In this document: piece after piece, positions 1 through 9,128 of the stretch
Position numbering within the stretch: position 1 is the first letter of the stretch
Layout: the number at the start of each line of letters is the position of its first letter
Assembly (NCBI GenBank): GCA_943704415.1
Contig: CALSCO010001750.1
Coordinates: forward strand, 1-38,085
Origin: Parvularia atlantis
Taxonomy: Eukaryota
Direction: 5' to 3'
Length of the DNA stretch: 38,085 nucleotides
Notes under the pieces: generated by a model
Databases searched by the model: none
What the model was told of the DNA's origin: nothing
Seen by the model: only the letters and a program-made list of their open reading frames with translations
Made by a program: the position numbers and the translations under genes

Positions 1-480
1 ACCCGACCCGACCCCACACCCCGCCGAGCAACCGGCCCGCCATCCGCGCCGCGCCCACAACCCCCGCAGCCAGTGAACCGTGAGCCCTATCGTCGAGCAT
101 GTTGTTTGTGCTGTTCTGTCTGCCCCACAACCTCTCGACACTTGCGACGCTGTGTCAGGTTCCGGTGGGGCAGTAATTCGCGTGGTGGCGGCCGCGACCG
201 TGGCGGGGCTGGGTCGACGGGCAGTCGAGACAGCATGTCGACGTTGCTGTGCTGCCGACCGGGGCGGTAGGTGATGGTGAAGTCGAATTCATGCAGCAGG
301 AGAGACCAGCGGGCGAGTATTGCGTTGCTGTGGTTGCGCGTGTTCTTGATTGTGCCGATAAGGGCGTTGTGGTGAGTCACGAGTGTGAACGGGCGACCGA
401 GGGAGGTAGATGCGAAGATGTTGTACCGCCCACACGACGGCTGCGCACTCGAGTACTGTCACGCCGTAGTTGCACTCGGC

Positions 481-882
481 CTTCTTAGGCCATGTCATCT
501 CCTCTTCGGGCGTCGCCGCCGATCCGGCCAAAATACGCGCAATTCTCGATATGCCAGCACCGACAGACGTCTCTTCGCTGCGGTCTTTCCTCGGTGGCGC
601 ATCCTACTTCCGCCGTTTCATTAAGAGTTTCTCAGCACTGGCGGCTCCGCTCACCAACTTGACACGCGCGGAGACGCCCTGGTCATGGTCACCAGTGACG
701 AGCGCGGCGTTCACGGCACTCAAGTCAGCGCTTGCAGCCTCACCGATCCTCGCATACCCTGACTGGGACCTACCCTTCACGCTGTTCACGGATGCCTCGT
801 ATTCGGGCCTGGCGCCGTTCTTGCGGAACACACCGGCGGCCACGAGCGCGTGATCCTCTACGCCAGCCGCAAACTGAACTCA
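481..882 (+). pseudogene. Inverted segment of the retroelement pol (RT thumb/connection and start of RNase H)
   Basis: The + strand reads FLGHVISSSGVAADPAK...LRSFLGGASYFRRFI...PILAYPDWDLPFTLFTDAS...VILYASRKLNS, while the flanking pol sequence is on the - strand. Confidence 0.92.
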
Positions 883-2616
883 GGCAGCGATGGAAAGGCA
901 AAACGGCCTTCCCGGTGAAGTTGGCCGACGACGAGGTCAAGGTCGGTGATGTGCTGGGTGATGGAGCGCGACGCTATGATGATGTCAGCAGTTGACGTCG
1001 AGGTGGCCGGCGAGGACGAGGTCCACGGCCCTCTGAATAGTTGCGGGTGCGTTCTTAAGGCCGACGGGCATGCGTGTGATCTCGGGCCGTGGAACACGGT
1101 CTTCGGTGCGTCATGCGGGTCCATGGGGATCTGGTAGTAACCCGACTGCAATCAATGGTGGTAAAGACGCTCTTGCCGCCCAGGCGGTCGAGGATGTTGT
1201 CGATGCGCGGGAGATTATAGGTGTCGCCGACCGTAACGCTGTTCAGCTTCCTGTAGTCGACGCGGAAACGCCACGTGCCGACGGGTGACGCCCAGGGGCT
1301 GGTTGAGGGCCGGATCATGCCGGCGGCGAGCAGCTTGTCCACCTCGTGCTGTTGTGCCGCCTGCATGGTTGGGTTGAGGCGTCGCGGAGGCTGCCGGACT
1401 GGTGGTTGGTCGGCCGCGGTCGGGATCTGGTGGCCCTTGATGGACGACGCCGCCACCTGGGTCATGTCGGACCCAAAACACGGAGTGGTGGCGGTTGAGA
1501 CACGTGCGGAGCAGGAGTGCATGGGGGTGATCGTCCGGAACGGCGCGTTGTCGCGCCAATCTTCATGCCTCGCCCGACCAGCCGGATGACCGGCCGTTCG
1601 TGTGTTGGTTCCACCGCGTTAACAGTGGCAGTGGTCGCGTGGGCGTCTGCGAGGAGCTCCAGACGTAGCAAGCGGTAGCCGGCTGGGATCGTAGTCTGCG
1701 CCAGATAAGTTGACAACTTGATATGGCGTGACCGCAGACAGCTGTGCGTCGCTGACGACACCATGCGTCATCTCGATCGGCGGTTTTGCGTAGCGCGAGT
1801 CGTCATTGGCCGCGGTGAAGTAGAACTCGTGTTGGCCCTGGCTAGTTCCAGTCGATCGCAGCGTGACGCCGACATACATCTCCGTACGCGCTGGGATGGT
1901 GTACACGCGGTCCGTGATGTGGAGCCCCGGCGACGGTGTGCTGACGGCCCTTCACGCCAGCATCGATCTGCCAGCGCGGCTGCTACGCATCGCAGCGGAC
2001 GCCTCGAACATACCCAGCATGGTCCCGCTTCAACAACCGCGGGCTTCGGCACTGGTCCTTTCACTCAGGTCGCAACCGATGATGACTTGGTGGCTGAGGT
2101 TGGGAGCGACGCCAAAACGCCACGTTGTGTCGACGTCGCCTGGGAACTTGACGGCAAGGTCGACTGCGTAACGGACGGGAAGAGACGATGCGTTCGCCGT
2201 GACTGTCGCCACTGTCCATGCCGGTTGGTCTTGTAGGGCGGTCGGTAGGTGTAGACGCTCGTAGAAAGCGCTCGAGATGAGCGAGTGAGACAAAATCAGA
2301 GCCGGGACGGTCTGGCCGGAGATGAGAACTTGTGCTGTCAGCGCGCGCGTGGCGGGTGTTGACGCGCTGTGGACGCCAGTGATGTCGGGAGGTTCGGGCT
2401 GGGAAGGATGGGCGGCAGCGGGGGCCCGAGCCGTGCCGCCCCTCAAAAATCCTCCTCCGAGTCGGTTGGCGCCGCCTGGTCTTCGTCGATGGCGGCGATG
2501 CGTCCCTTAGCCCGTGGCGTCGGCTTGGCGGTGCGGTAGTCGAGTTGCTGAGAGTCAGCGTTGGTGCGGCTCGCTTGAGCCTCGCGTCGGGGTCTGTTGT
2601 TGCGAGGCGCGCTCGG

Positions 2617-2658
2617 GCAGTTTCGAGCGAGGTGGCCGATACCGCCGCAATTGAAGCA
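2617..2658 (-). other. Gag CCHC zinc knuckle (CFNCGGIGHLARNC), frameshifted relative to the upstream gag ORF
   Basis: CX2CX4HX4C motif in ORF 2443..3246. Confidence 0.9.
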
Positions 2659-3340
2659 CGTGCGGTCATCCTCGCGCCGCTCGCGGGGCTGGTTGCGGTA
2701 ACTGGACGTGTCAGCCAGGCGTGAGGTGAGACCGCGGCGGGACGTGTTGGGGCGGTCGCGTTGATCGCCGCGGCCGTTGGGGTCGCCGGCGTCGCCTCGG
2801 TCGTCTGCGAGGCGTGCAAGAAGGCTCGTGCGGCCTTGACCGCCTCGTCGAGCGATGCCGGCTGTTGTAGCAGGACGTGTCGGTGCATGTCGGCCGGCAG
2901 CGTGCGACCGAACATGGCAACAGTGGCGTTCACGGCCTGGCCCGGTTGGACACGGTGCACGGGATGGGTGAACGTGAGGTAGTGGTCGTCGAGGTCGCTG
3001 CCCGACGAGAACTTGAGGCGCTCCAGCTGCTGGGTCAGGGCGGGAAGTGCCGCGGTGGTGTCGAACGCGTTCGTCAGCGCGCTCAGTAGCGCTTGGGGGC
3101 CGCCGTAAAACTTCTTGCGGTCGTCGGCGGCGCGGGTGTTCCACCACTTGAGAGCCGTGCCGCGCAGGGCGCCGACGAGGACAAAGGCGTGCTGCTCCCG
3201 GTTCAGGTTGTACACCGCCGGGAGGCGTTCGACGATGTCGACCCACGCTTGTATGTCGTCGGGCGGCCCCTCGTACGTTGGTGCCGAGGGCAGGGACAGA
3301 GACACAGTGGGACAGGGACGCGGGTTGACAGCTGCACTGT

Positions 3341-3500
3341 CAAATCGCGTCTTGCCGATGCCCGACATGCCGTCGACAAAGAGGAGTCTGCGCCTGCCAG
3401 TGGGCCGCATGCTGTCGAACGACGCGCGCACGTGCGCCACCAGGAACATGAAGCCCTCCGAGTCGGCTCTGACAAAGTCGGCGTCCTGTGTCGGTGCCAT
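3341..3500 (-). pseudogene. Fragment of a P-loop NTPase gene, in frame with gag
   Basis: LLFVDGMSGIGKTRF (hydrophobic strand + GxxGxGKT Walker A) at the N-terminus of ORF 2061..3500. No Walker B follows. Confidence 0.6.
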
Positions 3501-3873
3501 TCAACATTGCCGCACGCTGCTTGTAGAGCCTTGTGAGCGAAGCGCCGTCGGCTGCTGCTGTCGGCTGCGTCACGGCGCCGGCTAGCGCGCCGAGGTCCGT
3601 GAAGTCTGGCACGCGGCCGCGCGGCCGCTATCGAGCGCAGCCGCAGCCGCAGCCGAGCAATGATGATGTGCGCACCGTTTGAAGTCATCGTGCTCGTTGG
3701 CGACGCCAGGCTGCGGCGGGGTCGCGCTCGCGACAGCGAAGCACACGCGAAAAAGGCAACGAACTGGACCCGTTTTTGGCTCGCTGGCATCTGGTATTGC
3801 CAAAGGTGCTCAGTATGTATGTGGTATTAGACTTTGACTCATATCGCGCTCACCTACCTTGATCGCGGTCTCG

Positions 3874-4704
3874 ATGGACCACGAGCCTGCCGTGCAGAAC
3901 TGGATCGACGAGAAGCTCAAGAGCGCGAGCAAGCGCGACCGGCGGCGCGTTGAGCGCGAGAAGCGCGAGGCTGAGGCCGCTGCCGCCGCCACCAAGGCCG
4001 CGGCTGACCTCGCGGCGGGTATAACGCCGCCGCCGGCTCCGGCCGATGAGGGCAAGAAGCGGCGCCGCGAGGGGCCGGGCGGCGCGGGCGAGGCGGACGA
4101 GGACGAGGCCGGACGGTGGATCGCGAGCCGCGCGCGCACGACGACCGATGAGCTGCGCTCGCGTATCGACAAGCTGATGGCCCACCCCGATGCCGAGGTC
4201 AAGATCCCCGCGCGCCGCGAGCTTCAGGCCCCGCGCATCCGCGAGTTCAACCTCGATGTGATGGGCTCCAGCGCCGGCGCGGGCTCGGGCGACTTCCACG
4301 TGTACCGCGCGGGGCGGCGTCGCGAGCAGGATCGCATCAAGTACGTGCTCGAGACGGAGGGCAAGGTGCGCGGCGCGCGCGCGTGCGGCCGTCTGGTGGG
4401 CGTGCGCTGAGCCCGCCCGCGCGCCCCGCAGCGCGAGAAGGAAGTCGAATTCGAGCGCGACCGTGCCGACAACATCGCCGCGGTCAACGCAAAGACCGAG
4501 AAGAACCGGCTCAAGCGGCTCAAGCAGAAGGAGCGCAAGCGCAGCGGCAAGAGCTCGTCCGGCGGCGAGTCGGGCACGGACGGGCCAGCCGCGCTGGCGT
4601 GTAAGGCGGCCAACGGCGACGGCGCCGCCAACGGCACGGGTGCTATCAACAAGCCGCACAACAGGATCGTGGACGACGGTGACGATGCCGGCGCGAATTG
4701 CTAA
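3874..4704 (+). CDS. PRKRIP1: PRKR-interacting protein 1 / DUF1168 family protein (2 exons, intron 4366-4431)
   Basis: Motif VMGSSAGAGSGDFHVYRAGRRREQDR followed by KTEKNRLKRLKQK. Removing the GT-AG intron restores the frame to TAA at 4702-4704. Confidence 0.9.
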
Positions 4705-4744
4705 GAGCGCTCGCGGGCGATGTCTGTCTCTGTCAGCGGTACAT

Positions 4745-6031
4745 TTACAACGTGCTCTCGACCACGGTGCCCAAGACCAAGTTGGTGAAGGCGTGCGGCA
4801 CCTCGGCGAGCAGGTCGGTCGTGGTGGTGGAGCGGCCGCAGCGCGCAAAAGCGATGCGCGCACACTCGCGAGTGAGCATGCACCCGGCCATGCCGGCGAG
4901 GATCGCGGGCCGGGCCGTGTTGGGCACGCTGGCGAGTGGGCGCGCGGCGTCAGGCGGCGGGATGTGCGGCATGCGGGCCTGCGCACTGCACAAGCGGGTG
5001 CTTGATCGCCCAGGCCAGGTACGTTGCGATCGCCCCGGCCAGGATGTCACCCTGGCCGCCGCACCGCCGCGGGCTGCCCTGCCGCGAGCACACGACCACC
5101 TCCTTGCCTGCGCGTCGTCGTCGTCGTTGTCAGCAGCCGCGCCCGGCCATTGCGCGCTGCCGCACCGTCCGTGATTACGTCGTCCGCGCCCTTGCGCACG
5201 ACCGTCACGCCGGCGCCGAGGGTGAGGGCGAGCGCGCGCGCGGGCGCCTCGCCGGCGTCCTTGCTGTCGACATCCTGCGCGCATCCACGCGCATGAGGAC
5301 GGGCGACACGGCTGATCGTCGCGCACCAGCCGCTCGCAGAGGCGCTTGAACTCGTTCGGATTGGGGGTGAGCACGACGTGGTCGTGGCCGGCGGCGACGT
5401 GCGGCTTCTGCGTGACGAGGTGCAGCCCGTCCTGGCACGGTGGCGGCCGTAAGCGTGTGCAGCAGGCGCGCGCAGCACGGGGCCCTCGCACCCCGTCGAT
5501 CACGAGCGGCAGCCGCGCGCGCCGCGCCTCGTTGATCACGCGCTCGACGCACTCGAGCACAAACGGGTCGCGGCCGAGGCCCGGCCCGACGACAAGCACG
5601 TGCAGGCGCGGCAGCAGCTGCGCGATGGCCTGCACCACTGAGTCGGCCGTGGCGGCGACGGCGGCCGCGTCGCGCTCGAGCGAGAGCAGCGGGTGCACGA
5701 TCAGCTCGGGCGAGTAGCCCTTGATCGGCCCGGCGGCCGAGCGCTCGCACACGACGTGGACGAGGTCGGCGCCCTGGCCGTGCGCGTGAGCGGCCCGATG
5801 CACGCCAACGTGCCGCGCACCAGCCGCATCGCCGTCTGCGCCGCGAAGAACGGCGCGCCGCAGTACTCGGCGCTGCCGCCCATGACGCCGATGCGCCCTG
5901 CGGCGCCCGCGGTTCTCAGCCGCCACCGCGCGCCGAACGCCGCGTCGCACACCCGCCTGGCCCTTGTGCAGCGATGGCGCGAGCGGCGGCACCAGCACGG
6001 TGCGCGCCATGTAATCGTAGTCGGGTGGCAT
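4745..6031 (-). CDS. NAXD: ATP-dependent (S)-NAD(P)H-hydrate dehydratase (YjeF C-terminal/CARKD), multi-exon
   Basis: Motifs PPLAPSLHKGQAG|RIGVMGGSAEYCGAPFFAA, GADLVHVVC, IKGYSPELIVHP, VVGPGLGRDP, VLTPNPNEFKRL, VVRKGADDVITDG, PRRCGGQGDILAG. Confidence 0.93.
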   Translation of the reverse strand: MPPDYDYMARTVLVPPLAPSLHKGQAGVRRGVRRAVAAENRGRRRAHRRHGRQRRVLRRAVLRGADGDAAGARHVGVHRAAHAHGQGADLVHVVCERSAAGPIKGYSPELIVHPLLSLERDAAAVAATADSVVQAIAQLLPRLHVLVVGPGLGRDPFVLECVERVINEARRARLPLVIDGVRGPRAARACCTRLRPPPCQDGLHLVTQKPHVAAGHDHVVLTPNPNEFKRLCERLVRDDQPCRPSSCAWMRAGCRQQGRRRGARARARPHPRRRRDGRAQGRGRRNHGRCGSAQWPGAAADNDDDDAQARRWSCARGRAARGGAAARVTSWPGRSQRTWPGRSSTRLCSAQARMPHIPPPDAARPLASVPNTARPAILAGMAGCMLTRECARIAFARCGRSTTTTDLLAEVPHAFTNLVLGTVVESTL

Positions 6032-6075
6032 CGTCGCAAGCTGTGCGCGGAAACTGCTGACACCGCACACGACCG

Positions 6076-7703
6076 TCACACCATCTGACTGTTTGCAAGC
6101 TCGGGCAGGTCCTCCTCGAGCAGGCTCGCGCCCTCGTCGTCGTCGTCGTGGCCCCCCGCGCCGCAGCCGCTCGCGTCTGCCTTGCGCGGGCCGCTGCGTG
6201 GCGTGCGCTGCGCTCAGCACGCTGGTCGCAACGCGAAGCATGCACACACCCTGCCAGCACGCTGCCACCGCCGTATGGCACGTGCCCGTAGCGCGCGTCC
6301 TGTTGCGCATAGCCGGCGTCTGTGCAGCAGACCGCGCGCGAATGAGCAAGGCCGTGCCGCAAGCGCGAGCACACACGTGGCGCGAACGACGGCATGCCCG
6401 GGCCGAAGATCGCGGCCGGCGACACGCCCAGGGACGGGCTAGCGAGGCCGCGGTTGCTAAGCTGGCGCACGAGCGGGCTGTGCGTTGCGGCGGCCATCAT
6501 GATCGCGGCCGCCGGCTTGGACGCGAAGCCCTGTCCGAGCACGACCGGCGGCGGGGCTGTGCGCACCGAGCGCGTGAGTGCAGCCACGCAGGGACGAGGG
6601 CGCACGGCCGACGTGCCTTGCACCGGAAACGGCATCCCCGGCGATGCCACGTTGACCGTGTCGCTTGTCTCCGACAGGCCACGCACGAGCGGCACGGGCT
6701 TGTGGCCACCACCGCCGCCGCCGCCGCCGGAGAGATCCTCGACCGCAAACTTCTTGAGCGGCGAGATCTTGGGCCGCGCCTTGGGTGGCTGCGCATGAGA
6801 GGTGAGCCGCAACGCGGGCGGCGGCTGAGGCTCTCGCACCCTGCCGATCTTGCGCTCTGCGGCGCGTGCACGTGCGTGAGTTGGACGGGAGACCAGCGCG
6901 CGCGGCGCAACACGCACTCTTCAGCTGCGGGTCAACGTAGTCGCCGTCGTCGCTGTCGGAGCGGTCGGGCGAGGGCGTCTCGCTGCTGGCGACGAGCTGC
7001 GCGTCGGGCAGGGCGGCCGCGCCGCCGTAGTGCCCGTTGGTGAAGGGGGCGGCGGCCGACAACGCGGCGGCAGCGGCAGCAGAGCCGGTGTCGATCGCCG
7101 ACGGCGGCGCGGCAGTGCCGTTGGCGGTGCGGCGTGCGGCGCGCGTGGCGGTGCGTCCGAGGCCCATGCATTTCTCGAGATGCGGCGCAAAGCGTCCCGG
7201 TGCGACGGGTCTGGTGCAAAGGTGAGCGCGAGCACGCAGACGAGGAGACGGCAGCCAGCACGCAGACGGGCGACAGCAGCGAGCACGAAGACGGCACGAC
7301 GCACCGCCGACAGTGGTCGCACAGGAACGTCTCGGTCTGAGCCACGTCCGGCACGAGGCCGAAGATGTCGCGGCCGGGCTCCTCGCAGAGCTCGCCGCAG
7401 CTGCCGGCGGCCGCGCGGGTCAGCGCCCGGTCTGTGGGGTGGCCTGCGCGTACCGCGGGTGGCGGCAGCGGTGGCACGCGGGCGCATCGAGCCGCGCCTG
7501 TCGGTGGCACTCGCGCCCCACGTCGGCCACGACGTCGTCGATCAGCGCCCCGAGCACCTCCAGGCTCTGCGGCGTAATGCTGAGCGGGGGCCGCGCACAC
7601 GAGCGGCGCGCACCAGGGTCGCGCGCGTCATGCGGCGCTGCGCCAGCACATCCACCGCCAGCTGCAGCTGCCGCCGCGTCGCCAGCAGCGCCGCGAGGTC
7701 CAT
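6076..7703 (-). CDS. SGF11: SAGA deubiquitination module subunit SGF11/ATXN7L3-like protein with long low-complexity C-terminus, multi-exon
   Basis: LIDDVVADVGRECHRQARL, DIFGLVP, FLCDHCRR|PVAPGRFAPHLEKCMGLGR (Sgf11 zinc finger). The inferred last exon ends ...DLPELANSQMV* at 6076; the 3' exons are less certain. Confidence 0.82.
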
Positions 7704-7831
7704 CCCTCGAAGCGTGACAGTTGTGCACCCGGCGGTGACTGTGACGTGAACTGCACATCAGTGCCTTCGCCTTCTCGCCCAAGCCCCTTCGCTTGTCCCC
7801 GCCCTCCGCCTGGCCCCCCACTCGGACGCGC

Positions 7832-8914
7832 TCAAGCAGCCACGAGGTCGTGCGACCGGAACGAGCCCGTCCCGCGCACCACCACCCGCCCGCCTGACGC
7901 GTCCGCCTCGACCACCGCGTACGCCGTCGAGTCGTGCGGTGCCTCCAGCAGCGCCTCGCCCGTTACATGGTGCACGCCGTTGACCAGCGCGTAGCCGCCT
8001 GGCCGGCGCAGGTGCGCGCACAGAGGAGTCAGCGGGGGTGCATCGCGACGGGTCACCATGAACGCACCGCGGTGGTAGTGCCCGGCAAAGTACCACCTCG
8101 CGCGCGCGCAGCCCTCGAGCACGCCCCGCACCTCGTCCGCGTTGTACAGCACGTGGTGCGGCGATGCGCTCAGCGGCGTGAGCGGGATGTGTCCAAGCAC
8201 GATCACCCACTCGCCCGCCGCCTCGGCCGCCGCCAGCTCGCCGCGCAGCCACGCCAGCTGCGCCGCCGACACGCCGCCGTTCCACGGCTTGGCGTTGCGC
8301 GCGTCGGCGTGCTCAGCCAGCCAGCGCACGGCCTCGTCGTGGTTGGGCGTGCCCTCGGGCCACGACACGTTGACTGCGGGGCGGAGCAGGCACGCGTGGC
8401 AGATATCAGCAGCAGCAGCTGCAGCGGCAGCAGCGACAGCAGCGACGGCAGCGCGCACCGTCCACGCAGTCGAGCACGACGAGGCGCCAACCGCCCGCGA
8501 CAAAGCTGTAGTACGGCCCGTTGTCAAAGCCCAGGGCGTCGTACAGGCGCGGGCGCGGCTGGCCGGCGAGGCAGTGGTTGCCGAGGACGTGGTACAGCCG
8601 CGGCACGCGCAGCCGCGCCGCGACGTCGAGCACGGCGGCGAGGTCGGCGTCGTTCTTCGCGGGCGTCGTGTTGCCGTCGATGATGTCGCCTGCGGGACGG
8701 GACCGCGTGTGGCGCGCGCAGGTCAGGCGGTGGCACGGGGCGTGCGCGACGACGACGCACCGAGGTGCACCGCAAAGGCGAGCGGCGGGTCAGCCGCGTT
8801 GAGACCGTCAACGGCGCGGCGCAGCTTGACGACGGCGCCGCGGTAGTCGCGCGTGGCGTTCTCGACGTGCTCCGCGTCCTTGTCGGCGTGCTGCAGGTCC
8901 GTGACTGCGGCGCG

Positions 8915-8950
<36 letters not shown>

Positions 8951-9011
8951 GAGCGGACGCGCAGGAGGAGGAAGCGGCGAGCGCGGGCGCACTGAGGCCG
9001 AAGCGCAGCAT
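7832..9011 (-). CDS. ADPRM: Mn-dependent ADP-ribose/CDP-alcohol diphosphatase (calcineurin-like metallophosphoesterase)
   Basis: Spliced motifs LRFGLITDLQHAD, VHLGDIIDG, YHVLGNHCL, PWNGGVSAAQLAWL, GHIP, YFAGHYHRGGY, HHVTGEALLEAP. Confidence 0.9.
8916..8949. repeat. G34 homopolymer (C34 in the transcript) within ADPRM intron 1 (8905-8992)
   Basis: Directly visible run, lying between the CTCAC branch-like motif and the GCAG acceptor on the - strand. Confidence 0.95.
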
Positions 9012-9093
9012 GGCGGCGGCGGCCTGTCACCGTCGGCCCCGGCACGCACGCAGCTCAATTTCGCTCAAACGCCCTTCGCACGGCGTCGCGCAC

Positions 9094-9123
9094 CCGAAGC
9101 GACCGAAGCGACCGAAGCGACCG
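9094..9123 (+). repeat. 9-bp tandem repeat (CCGAAGCGA)x3 in the ADPRM/TBL divergent intergenic region
   Basis: ccgaagcgaccgaagcgaccgaagcgaccg immediately upstream of the TBL ATG. Confidence 0.8.
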
Positions 9124-9128
9124 GCAGC

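Larger units (their letters stand above)
180..3330 (-). mobile_element. Decayed Ty3/gypsy LTR retrotransposon internal region (gag-PR-RT-RNaseH); no integrase or LTR recognisable
   Basis: Minus-strand order: gag capsid-like (LPSAPTYEGPPDDIQAWVDIVERL...LRGTALKWW), CCHC knuckle, protease-like segment, RT (IRPSTSPWASPV, WRFRVDYRKLNSVT, SGYYQIPM), RNase H (AECNYGVTVLECAAVVWAV, LARWSLLLHEFDFTITYRPGRQHSNVDMLSR). There are multiple frameshifts, and the YxDD and protease DSG motifs are missing. Confidence 0.93.

Noticed and set aside
1..3810. LTRs, PBS, PPT or integrase for the gypsy element
   Set aside because: I found no direct repeats, TG...CA ends or HHCC/DDE motifs; the element appears truncated on both sides.
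3835..3841. TGACTCA (AP-1/GCN4-like) site upstream of PRKRIP1
   Set aside because: A single 7-mer is expected by chance and has no supporting context.
8853..9128. Gly-rich N-terminal extension of the TBL ORF
   Set aside because: It derives from the poly-G run in the ADPRM intron on the opposite strand; ATG 9129 precedes the TM anchor appropriately.
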